Assembly (NCBI GenBank): GCA_965153355.1
Contig: OZ231126.1
Coordinates: 43,896,001 to 43,960,000, forward strand
Reading direction: 5' to 3'
DNA: 64,000 nt
Source: Flaccisagitta enflata
Lineage: Eukaryota
Below the pieces are notes generated by a model. It was not told the origin of the DNA, made no database searches, and worked only from the letters and a program-made list of their open reading frames with translations. Of the stretch, positions 53,256 through 64,000 are shown in pieces. Numbering within the stretch: the stretch's first letter is position 1; each line of letters opens with the position of its first letter. The position numbers and the translations under genes are program-made.

Positions 53256-55102
53256 GCTGCTTCACAATCAGCGCCTCTATTAGCGATCCTATCGCCTTTT
53301 TGGTGTCTTATGTACAGGACGATTTATTCATGAAAGTTGAAACAACATTGCCCTTATAAAAGGAGGTCAGAATTCTCCAATATACAAAGGATGAAAGGCT
53401 GGTGTCACGTTATGGGGAGCGCAGACAGAGTGAAATTCGTCAATCTTAAATGTTTTAAAAGTGAACAAAACTGTACATCACCATGTAGCATACCTATTAT
53501 TGTATATGAATCCATACTTGGATTTTCTTATTCAAGCTCATTTTGTACACAAATTAGGCCTAAAAAGACATTATTATCAATTTTTTTACTAATATATTTA
53601 GCTAAATACAATAAGACAATCAGTAAGAGAGCAAAATTTTGATGATAACGTTCAAGCAATCATGTGTGATCATGTTTTTGAGATTTTTTTCAAGAAATTT
53701 GAGTTTTTTGAAAAAATCTCTACAAGCACCATTTTTGGCTGTGTGGGCTGTTGGAGGAGAATTTTTCCCACCAAGCTCGTTTTGATGCCAGTGACAAGGA
53801 ACCTTTAAAGGAAGCTTCATGCAAAATTTCAACCAGATCGGACAATTATTTTGGAAGTTGTGCCATTTTTTCATTTTTTTATCTGGTAGGCTGGTTGGTC
53901 TGGTTGGACTGATTGACATTTTTTGAGTCACATCAGAAATATGATGAAGGAACTTCTTGATCTGAGTATTAAGCATGCAAAATTTCATTGGGCTAGCTCA
54001 AATAGTTGGTGAGATATGCCAATTTGAATTTTAAGAAATAAGGCACCAAAACATGCGCGCATTTCTGTGCAAAGTGCTGCGTGGAAACAAAGAATTAATT
54101 ATGAGACTTGGTCGGCGAGCGTTACAATTCATTCCTTATTTTGGTAGTGATCAACTTTGGAATTTCACTGTGACCAATCGAATTAGAGTTAAGGCATGTA
54201 CAGAATTTCAACCTCTTTCACATCATATAGATTAATTCAGAGTTAAGCATATTACTATGCTGTGACATAGTAAGAATCATAGTGTGACATAAGTGTGACA
54301 GCTACAACATGGAGCACCTCTGAATTGTAACGCTTCAAGGAAATGTTGATTTCCTACCAATGGAATGGAAAAAATCTTTGAAAATTGGAGGGAATGTCCT
54401 TTAACTAGTTGTCAATGCAATGGAAAAAGAAAAATTGCTTGATGTTTGACTGATGATAGGCTAACAAAAAAAATTGTCAACTTACCTCATTTTTAGCAAA
54501 AAATGACTGAAAAATGAAGGGGGGGGAGTACTATGTTTCAAAGCTTTTTTTTGTCATCTTACAGTTGAAATATTGAGTTCAAACTTTCCACATATATCAA
54601 TGGATTGATAGTGATTGCTTACAAGCTTTGGGATGACCCTGCTTGACATTTTTTGATTAGTTAAACTTGCATTTTGCCTACAGGGACAGAATCGGGACAG
54701 GCCAAAATAGGCCCTTATACCCCTGTTTTGGACCCCATAGGGGCAGTCGGTGTGGCAAAAATTGGTTTGGTATGGATCACCAGATAGTTAGGTATGTCAC
54801 CCAACCTTTGTGACCTTATGCAATTCAACAGCAGAAGCAATGCAACTCCTACCATGGTGGAGAGTCGGGGTTTCTCGGGCGCCCCCGGATGCTCAGAATC
54901 AACCGAAAGCCTTGCAAGCTTTCAATGGTGTTTACTCCAGATTGCTCACAACTATCCTTTACTACTATGTTACTTTCAGAACCCCCAAAATCGTTCTGTG
55001 ATCGAAACGATCTAAACCAATGCGTTCTGGGAAAATGTGGAAGTGGAATCTATATCGTGCCAAGACAGGTATTTCTTACTTTCTAGGTGCGTTTTTTGGT
55101 TA

Positions 55103-55709
55103 CCATCTTGCTCAAAAATATCGTCTCAGTAAAACAAAATTATTGTTTATTGTTGCTATTTCTCATAAAAAGTCATACATTTCTGCACAACTATTTAGTA
55201 CAGGCTCTTATGGTACCGTATACCCTTTGTATTCAATTGGGAAGACATAGATAAAGGATTCATATACAATTTTGTAGAACCAGTTCTTCAAACTTTCTAG
55301 CAGTTTTTTCTTGGATCATTTTTTTACCTATGTATATTCATTTTGAAATAAAATTCAAATGATTTGTACTAGAAAAATCTGCTTGGCGGTATTTGACAGA
55401 TCTTTCAAAGCTCTTTCCAATGGTTACCAGTTTTCATATGATTTTATAATGATAAGCCTTAAAATAGTGAAAATGAACAGGTCAATATTCTTCTCCTCAT
55501 TTTTTGCATATTTTCTGTCTTTATGGACAAGAACGTTTTTACTCTTTTAGCTCTAAAATCTAAACGAATAGAGCTACTGAGCTCTGCTTGGTGGCATTTT
55601 GAAGATTTTTCCTTGCTCTTTCTAATGGTCACTGATTTCAACATGTTTTTTACAATTGTTTGGTCACAAATTAGCTATAAAGGTGAGACGATATTTTTGA
55701 GCAAGATGG
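55103..55709. mobile_element. MITE with TIR CCATCTTGCTCAAAAATATCGTCTCA, TA TSD; TIR related to 7425-8015
   Basis: Perfect inverted termini flanked by TA. Confidence 0.88.
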
Positions 55710-55716
55710 TATTATA

Positions 55717-56435
55717 CAGGGTCATCAATCTCAACTGAAAAAAAGTATTAAGCTATTGTGTCTCAATGCTTCATTTTCATGATTTGAAATCAATTTTCTC
55801 TTTAAGTACTATGCTTGACGTTTTTTGTGTCAAAATTTCGTTGGTCTAGGTTAAATAGTTTGTCTACAGCCTAAATTTGAAGTAATTTTGCTATTTCCAG
55901 CTGAAGCAAAATTGAAACATAGCTTACAAGAGTGTCTTTCTTTCAAACGCTCTCATTTCTAAACCGTTAGAGCTACAAATGCCAGATTGGTCTCAAATGA
56001 AAGGTAATTTGATTTAGTTTTTCATATTTTCTTTGGTTGGTAAATGAATTGGCATTCAGAGTAAGTTTCATGACCTTGAAATCGATTTTTTGGACAAAAT
56101 CCCTTTGATTTGTGGATTTTTCGATAAATATTATGAGATATAGGTACAAGACTGTTTTTCTATTTTTTACAGCTAAAACCATTTTAAATTTTCTTTCATT
56201 TGAGACCAATCTGGCATCTGTAGCTCGAGCCGTTTAGAAATTAGACCAGTTTAAAGAGGAGCTACCCTGTCAAACAACATTTTCCCTCGATCTCACCCCT
56301 AAAACTGCTCATACTTCAAATTGATATTAAATGTAAACTATTTGATAAAAGTCTATGAAATTTTGATACAAAAAACGTCAATCAATGCTCTTTAAGGAAA
56401 AATTGATTTCAGATCACTCAGTTGAAACATCTCTG
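55717..56435. mobile_element. Foldback element
   Basis: GCCAGATTGGTCTCAAATGAAAG / CTTTCATTTGAGACCAATCTGGC and TTGACGTTTTTTGT / ACAAAAAACGTCAA; ends approximate. Confidence 0.7.
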
Positions 56436-57366
56436 AGAAAAAGCTTACAAGATTTTTTCAAACGAGATTGATGGCTGTGTTCTGGGGTAGAGGGGGTAAA
56501 ATGGGCCAGTGGGAAAACAAGGCCGGATACACGGCTACCCCAGTCGCGTGGGGGTGGGCAGGGGCAGTGATGGAGAAAGTCACTCGGGCATTTGGGCGGG
56601 AGCCGCGAGCTGAAAAATATAAGAAGCGCCGAAAAAAGTAAAAATGGGCACAACCGACCAACGGACGGACAAAGTGGGGTATAGAGTCGCGTAGCACGCG
56701 ACCAAGGCCAGGGTCACTGAACTTTTTTTCTGATATATCATAAAATCAAGCGAAATGCAACAATACTTGCATCTGTTCCGAATAGTGGGATGACTCTCCA
56801 AGACAAATATAAATGGTCCCATTGGGATGCATAATGTACTGTTATTTACAACAAAGATATTTTTGCGTCACTTTTTGGTTCCTTTTCAAAGTTTGGGAAC
56901 CAAATCGTCATTTGCATATTGCAGTTCGTTAATACACGCTTAAAAACATTCTTTTTATTACGAAAAAAATCATTGTTTGAGTCGATTATTTCGCTGTTCT
57001 GATGACCAAAGAAAGGCCCGTACATTCACATTGCAATTAAGCAAATATGAGTGAATACATAAAAAAATCGTATAGTAAATTCCTGGACACAATTTTCGTC
57101 AGCAGGGATAAGAAATTTAAGAAATCCCCCGATGAAGGCGGAATATTTCATTAATTTTTGGCTCATTGAACTGACAAAGATGTAGCTGCTTCAAGCGGAC
57201 TGACACATCTCTCAGCGGCGCGACCGAGCGTTGCATCGTGGACCCGCCACTACTAACATATCATCCTGATAAGGATTTTCATACACTTACAATTATGTCT
57301 TTTAAGTAGGCACAAAGAAAATGTTCTGCAATTCTGAACGAATTTTCTGTTACCGATCAATTCTGT

Positions 57367-57450
<84 letters not shown>

Positions 57451-57664
57451 TCCTTAATTAGCCTATCCCTTAATTAGCCTATTGCCCTTAATTAGCCTAT
57501 CCCTTAACTAAGCAGCTTCGATATGTTTCGACTTTGTTTCGTATCGGCTTTTGCCAGTTCTGGGCAAGAAATGGTCAGTCTTTTTAGGAAAGAGAGAGAG
57601 AGAGAGAGAGAGAGAGTGAGTGAGTGAGTGAGTGAGTGAGTGAGAGAGAGAGAGAGAGAGCGAA

Positions 57665-57727
<63 letters not shown>

Positions 57728-58097
57728 GGGATAGTGAGAAATTGAGAGAAAGAGAGAGGAAAAGGACAAAATGGAAAGGGAAAGAGCGGCAATTGATGAT
57801 GAAGAGGATAAGGAAGAGAAAAAAAGACAGTGGAACCGATAGGCACGATTATGGCCGCTTATTTTCTAATCTCATATCGGCTTCTTGTTTCAAGCAGTCG
57901 AGAAAAGACTACACCGTTTCGTCCAGCGGATGGACGAAAAAATACACTATATCGATCGAATTCGACCGCTACTCAAAAAACGCTTATCGAGACTGCTTAC
58001 CCTTAATTAGCCTATATTGATATTTGCACTTTTCTCCTGATAAGTGTTTCTGTCAGGGGTTAAAATAGAAATCTTTTAATTCCAAATTCCATTCTAG

Positions 58098-58233
58098 ATC
58101 CGCTTTACCTCGTGGGGTTGTTGTGGCAATGAAGTGTTTTCCATGAAGAAAGACGTTTGCTCTGGTGGCCGAGTGGTGGCACTTCCAAAACAACAAGCAT
58201 TCGTTTGTGACAATCAGAATATCGTCAGAATAG
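58098..58233 (+). CDS. Exon 6: CCG-containing segment and start of LDLa module 1 (WGCCGNEVFSMKKDVCSGGRVV...QAFVCDNQNIVRI)
   Basis: TTCTAG acceptor, TAG|GTGAAT donor. The F.C.N motif joins exon 7 DGRCNGVNDCSDASDE in frame. Confidence 0.72.
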
Positions 58234-58810
58234 GTGAATTTGGCTGTAAAATTAGAGAGGTGGGCACGGGGGAGGGGGGGGCTTAAGTACCTATTAATTG
58301 CGGCATAATAGTTGACACTCACTCAGATGGCATACTTGTCCTGCACAAGTCACGAAAACAGGCGATGTCTCAGCGACCAACAGTCATTTAGTCAGGTCTC
58401 GGACGCACGGACGAGCTTACAGAATAAACGTACATGATAAATCTTCGTCACGAAACAAGGTCAAGTGGGTCAACGATGCTTCAATGAAGCATTGCTTCAT
58501 GCATGAATGAATGAATGAATGAATTAACTAATAAATGAGGCACATATTCTATAAAGAATAAGGAATGCTGAATAGTATGTTAAAACAACATTTAATCGCA
58601 TTATGGAGATATAGTGCAAAATGAGCAAAAAAAAAAACACCATGATTAGTATGAACGTTTTTCACAACATTTTTTACAATGATTAGTATGAACATTATCA
58701 ATCATTTTCAAAAAAATATAGTAATAATGTAAATAACTGACTACCGACCGACGCACATGGCCTTATAGAGATGCGAGGACACATGGAAAAATGTTGCAAC
58801 GGGTTTTCAG

Positions 58811-58922
58811 ATGGCCGATGCAATGGCGTGAACGATTGTTCCGACGCCTCTGATGAATGGAACTGCCCGCCAGCTTGCGACGATGATAAACCATTCCGAT
58901 GCAAAAACGCCACCTCATGCAT

Positions 58923-58924
<2 letters not shown>
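58811..58924 (+). CDS. Exon 7: end of LDLa 1 and start of LDLa 2
   Basis: TTTTCAG acceptor, G|GTGAGA donor. CNGVNDCSDASDEWNC and FRCKNATSCI. Confidence 0.92.
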
Positions 58925-58985
<61 letters not shown>

Positions 58986-59375
58986 GAACAAAACTCCAGG
59001 GGTGTATAAACTGTATATAGTTCCGTAACCTTTGATTATTTCCCCCCCCCCCTGCCTTTGAATTTCTTCCCCGCGACACATCCCGTCGCGTTACCAAATC
59101 TATGATTTTCTTCCCCATAAAGCAATAAAAAAGTATATTCTAAGTTTGAATAGTGTTAAACTGTGTTTTGCTAATCATGTTTTATAGTTTATTACTGCCA
59201 TAAGTTATATTTTTCCCAAATTTTCTTTTTTTTCTCTTTTTTCCTTCTTCCTTTTCCTTCCCTTTCTCCAAACCCTTTGATTATTTCCCCCCCCCCACCG
59301 GAGGGGGGAATACGGAAGAATATACAGGCCTGCAAAAATCACTACCAACTACTACAATATCGTCTCTTTGGCTAG

Positions 59376-59526
59376 GCGCGGAACACGTGTGCGACGGTCG
59401 TAAGGACTGCGTGGACGGCAGCGACGAAGCACATTGCGGAAACGGAAGGACTTGGTGCGAAGCAGACTTCTTTCGCTGCTACGCCAAGGAACAGTGCGTA
59501 CATCTATCTAAAGTCTGCGATAAAGT
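59376..59526 (+). CDS. Exon 8: end of LDLa 2 and start of LDLa 3 (VCDGRKDCVDGSDEAHC...FRCYAKEQCVHLSKVCDKV)
   Basis: CTAG acceptor, GT|GTAAGT donor, canonical LDLa consensus. Confidence 0.93.
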
Positions 59527-59569
59527 GTAAGTGAAACTCCATACGGTACTTTCCGAGCAAACCCGGCTA

Positions 59570-60135
59570 AAACTGGAGGATTAATTTTTGTTATTCTATT
59601 TTCAATTCCCAAATTTCTTTTTTTGTATCTAACTTAACTAAAAGATACTTGATTCCTTGAACATATTTAGCTGTCAAAAAAAATAACTTGTGAAATCAAA
59701 ATGCATGAAGACAATAATATGGAGTGTTTTAACCCATACCATTAAATTCAGCAGAAAATTTTACCTATCCTAGACTACAAGAACAGCTCAGTTAGACAAT
59801 TATTTCAGATTCTATGGCCATTTAAAGTTTGTAAGGACAATTGTCCTAAATTATTTTGAGACAATTGTCCTTAAAAACTTTAAATGACTATAAAATCTGA
59901 AATAACTGTCTGACTGAGCTGTTCTTGTAGTCTAGGATAAGTAAAATTTTCTGCTGAATCCAATGGTCTGGGTTAGAAAACTCCATAGTGATGTCTTCAT
60001 GCACTTTGATATCACGAGTTATTGATTTTGACAGCCAAATATGTTCAAGGAATTAAGTATCTTTTAATTAAGTTAGATACAAAAAATAAAGTTTGAGAAA
60101 TAAAATCAAAGTAACAAAAATTAATCCTCCAGTTT
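59570..60135. mobile_element. About 565-bp palindromic foldback in intron 8
   Basis: AAACTGGAGGATTAATTTTTGTTA / TAACAAAAATTAATCCTCCAGTTT, with arms pairing to the centre near 59850. Confidence 0.85.
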
Positions 60136-60429
60136 GCTGAAGTTACAAAATAGTAAAAAAAAGAAAAAGAAAAAGAAAAAAGAAAAAGAAAAAGAAAAAG
60201 AAAAAAAGAAAAAAAAGAAAAAAAAGAAAAAAAGAAAAAAAAAAGAAAAAAAGAAAAAAAGAAAAAAAGAAAAAAAAGAAAAAAAAGAAAAAAAGAAAAA
60301 TAGAAAAATAGAAAAATAGAAAAATAGAAAAATAGAAAAATAGAAAAATAGAAAAATAGAAAAAAAGAAGAAAAGAAAAAAAGGAAAAAAGGAAAAAAGG
60401 AAAAAGAACAAAAGAACAAAAGAACAAAA

Positions 60430-60478
<49 letters not shown>

Positions 60479-60535
60479 GTTGTAGACCCAATGGGCCATT
60501 CATGTTCACTGCGAGCGATCTTGAACCCCAAACAG

Positions 60536-60678
60536 GCCTGATTGTTCCGACGGTTCTGACGAGACTGGTTGCGACTCTGCCGTCGTCGAAGCGCGTAAAA
60601 TGGAGGAAAACTTTGTTATCATCGCGACGAGTTTTGCAGCTGCTATCGTTTTACTCACCGCTCTCATATTTGGATCTG
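60536..60678 (+). CDS. Exon 9: end of LDLa 3 (PDCSDGSDETGC) and most of the transmembrane helix
   Basis: ACAG acceptor, G|GTAAGC donor. Hydrophobic FVIIATSFAAAIVLLTALIFGS. Confidence 0.92.
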
Positions 60679-60828
60679 GTAAGCCATCGAGACCGGCGCC
60701 ATACACTCGTTTCCAATTAATATTATTTATATACAGCAATTACGTTTTTGATAGCATTCAGTATGAGAGTATGCACACAGATTTTCACGTCTATCTCCCC
60801 CTTCCCCCATGCCCCGTCGATCATGTAG

Positions 60829-61024
60829 TCTGCCTCATACGACGTCGGCGACGCCTGCGCTCCGAATTGCTAACGCGCGCTATGAACGAAACGCCGCATC
60901 TACGTCGGAAATTCACCATTGGCGCTATTCGACTTCCAGCTTCTATCAGGAGAACATTCAGTCGACGCCGATCGCCTGAGACCGACGGCTCCGCGACAGG
61001 GACCGAGGACAAGATGGACAATAG
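60829..61024 (+). CDS. Exon 10: end of TM, basic stop-transfer (VCLIRRRRRLR), juxtamembrane tail
   Basis: GTAG acceptor after a pyrimidine-rich tract, AG|GTGATC donor, phases 1 and 2 match neighbours. Confidence 0.85.
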
Positions 61025-61257
61025 GTGATCAATGCCACAATGACTTCCTTAGTATCGCAAGAGCGCGTTTCTTCTTTAGCTTATCAAAATCTGTCGGCCA
61101 GTCAAGATTTTTGGTCACGTTTGGGTTTCAACGTAGAGGCCATAAGGCGGTCGGTCGGTCGTATTTCTACGGCCCAACCAAATTGATTGTACTTTTTGAA
61201 CCAGCGTGGCGATGCTTTGACGAACGTCGCCTTCATTTTAACATTATTTCAATACAG

Positions 61258-61316
61258 GAATACTCGATTGCCGAACGCTCATCGACCAAATCCATCGCCA
61301 CACGTGCAAGCGAGCG
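61258..61316 (+). CDS. Exon 11: cytoplasmic (RNTRLPNAHRPNPSPHVQAS)
   Basis: TACAG acceptor, G|GTAAGC donor, bridges phase 2 to phase 1. Confidence 0.8.
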
Positions 61317-61474
61317 GTAAGCACTAATGGACACCAATAAACTTTGGACAAATATTAAGAATTGCCCTGTCACACCGCGGAAATTCCTAACCTAGAATCA
61401 ATTGCTTTTAATTTTTGGTCCACATAGCATCTCTCATCGCATAACAACATCTTTCACCATTTTTCTCTCCTTAG

Positions 61475-62127
61475 ATCATCCGCCGGATTTAATTCCTCAT
61501 CCAGAGTCCGACGTCTCCCGTCCTGCCTTCTCCGACCTGAGATTTGCCAACGCAAGTTCCAACCTCAGGCTGACTGACTCAAATTTGTCGATGCCGAGAT
61601 TCGCCGACTCGAGCGTGTCGACGGCGACACCCCCGATGCATCACCGCGGCCGCGTCGACGCGTTGGCAGACAGCCTCACAAGCCTCGATCACCCTCCCAA
61701 TACAGAGGGTCACCATTCTCACCTACATCAACAGCCTCAAACACGCTTCGAACCACGACAGCAAATGACGGGTCAACACGCTCCAAACGCTACGTCGAGA
61801 TTCGACGAGCGACTCCCCGGTTCCCCGCATCTCGACGGCCATTACAGGATATCTCCACACCTGGATGGCCAAAGGGTCAGAGGAGGACCGTACCTTAACG
61901 ACCAATCACGGGCATCGCCTCATCTCAACCAACGATCGCAGGCATCTCCGTACCTCAACGATCGATCGCGAGCAACGCCTCAACTAGAGGACCGGGCTCG
62001 TGGATCACCGAGACGAGACCAACTCCTCCTCCGCGAGAGTCCCGGCTTCCCGATGGCCGACTTGAGGGAAACGTCTCGTGGCGGACAAGGTTCCAGCACA
62101 ACTTCGTTGCCGATTTCAGAGTTGTAA
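61475..62127 (+). CDS. Exon 12: cytoplasmic tail with Ser-Pro repeats, ends in ISEL
   Basis: Strong pyrimidine tract with TTAG acceptor, open to TAA at 62125-62127. Confidence 0.85.
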
Positions 62128-62343
62128 CGCCGACGCTTGCTTAAACAATTTGAAGTTCTAATCGACCCTACTTGCCGAGGACCTTGGCCCCAATCCAACC
62201 CACGACTCAAACCCCCGAAATACGTCTAAGCTATATGAAAGTTGGACAACATTAATTACTCCTCACTAGAATTTCTATTTCATTGAATTTTAGCAAAAAC
62301 AAGCGTCGAATTTTTGGGAAAATCCGCTTCCCCAGTTATTATA

Positions 62344-63330
62344 CAGTCAGTGGAAAAAACATGATAGGTATATAATATACTATATATATAATAGGTGGAA
62401 CAATATCCCTCACTATATTAAAACTGAAAAATATAGAAGAGGACCTTGTAAGCCTCCACAAATATTATACTGTTAGCCTGAAACCAATTTACTAATAATA
62501 AACAAAATGCTTTATACAAAAACTGATGGTTGAAGCAGTAGTTGGCAATAATATTTTGTTTATAACCAGTAAATTAAATTAAAATAAAAAACATGATAGG
62601 GGTGCTATATAAGAAATATGTTAGCCAACACTTCCAAAAGCTAAAGAGAGATATCTCAACTTCTCATTTAATTAAATAAACAAAATTTATAAGCTATTTA
62701 AAATACGTCAAAAAACCTACAACCCGAGTCCAATCTCCTCTTTGTGCATCAAACCACTTAAAAATGCCATTAAGTATTAGTTGATCATGTACTTTCAAAA
62801 ATGACAAAAAAATAAGTTGTCTTTTTTCTCTTACCCTTCTATCTTTAAAATGCTCTCAAATTTCACCATGAAATGTAATAAACAAATCAAACTTGCGATA
62901 CTTAAATTGGATTGAAGATTATTTTCTCTTTTATTCTAGTTAATACAAATACTAAAATAACCAAAAACAATCAAGTACATAAGTTTTGAGCATATAAGAG
63001 GGGAAAACACACTATCAACCATAAGTGTAACCAAACTTTTTAAATACGTCCGTCAGGAACGCATCTCTATAAGAGGGTCTGTCCGTCCATCAGTCTCTTA
63101 CGCCTGTGCAAAAAATGCATTTCTCGGCTGTTTTTGGTCACGATGAGATCTTACTCTGAAACAAATGATCAACCAACATGTTTTGAGTCTTTTCACCTGT
63201 CTGTTCGTCCGTCTGTCTCTCCATTTATATATCACATGATCAATACACGCTGAAACACAGCTTGAACACATCGTTGTCTAGTCAGGCTTGTTTTCCTATA
63301 AAGTACCTATTATGGTTTGTCCACTGACTG
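62344..63330. mobile_element. CAGTCAGTGG-TIR element with nested HINE-like copy (63043-63292)
   Basis: Termini CAGTCAGTGGAAAAAACATGATAGGTA / TACCTATTATGGTTTGTCCACTGACTG. Confidence 0.7.
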
Positions 63331-64000
63331 TTAATATGTTTCATAATGTCCCATTTATATCTTTCGAAACCATTTCAGTAAACTAGTCTCGATTTCGCGT
63401 CTTTTAGTCGCGTGTACGCGACTCTACAACCCGCTTTGTCTGTCCAACTGTCCGTCGGTCGGTCGGTCACATTTTGATTTTAAGATATTATTGGTTTGAC
63501 CTCACTGCACCTGCCCAAATGGTCTAGTGACCTCAAATGTAGCCCCTGCCCACCCGCACGCGACTTCGGTAGCCGTGTATCCGGCCTTGTTCTCTTGCAA
63601 TTGTACGTCATAAAATCAACATCGGGCCCTACCTGACCTTTTCTACTTTTTAATTGTTTCTCTCATTTACGTATACTCCGCTACTGTCGTTGAATGTAAC
63701 AGGGAAATACTCGCCAAATTGGAATCAGGTTTATTGTTGAAATATACCGACAATACGTTTCGAAATAGGATTCAAAGATTACAAAAATCTCAAAAGAGAA
63801 ACATATATAAGGTAGATCACCAAGAAAAGTATGTTTTAACATGTAAGGTTTCCGAGAATGTGTGTGCAATGCTACAAAAATATCTAGTAAAACTAGCTAA
63901 CCGAATTGACGCGAGGACAGTTGCGCGGGAAGCTTGACGAAGAAGCGTATAACAATTTTAGGGTGACATAAATAACAACATTGAGCCCCGGGAAAAAAAA

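Overview
Animal-type eukaryotic genomic DNA, AT-rich and dense in microsatellites; nearly all ORF-track entries are artefacts of simple repeats. One spliced host gene on the + strand spans most of the window (ATG 7210 to stop 62127; 12 phase-compatible exons, about 703 aa). It encodes a single-pass receptor-like protein: signal peptide, one Ig domain, Thr-rich stalk, a Cys-containing segment, three LDL-receptor class A modules, a TM helix, and a tail with Ser-Pro repeats ending in ISEL. The introns hold many HINE/DINE-1-like elements and TA-flanked MITEs and foldbacks, plus two young LTR elements (9124-16334 on +, 32111-37831 on -) that encode only a BEL/Pao-type Gag and no pol. Main finding: neither LTR element has a tRNA primer-binding site. 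The 13-14 nt directly after each 5' LTR are the exact reverse complement of a segment inside the same LTR, just downstream of a TCATT initiator-like motif. This is the geometry of Tf1-type self-primed reverse transcription, and the two elements achieve it with unrelated sequences. Both also share a U5-leader stem and a perfect hairpin plus short G-rich spacer in place of a normal polypurine tract, and both sit in copies of the same HINE subfamily. All analysis was done by eye with no database searches.
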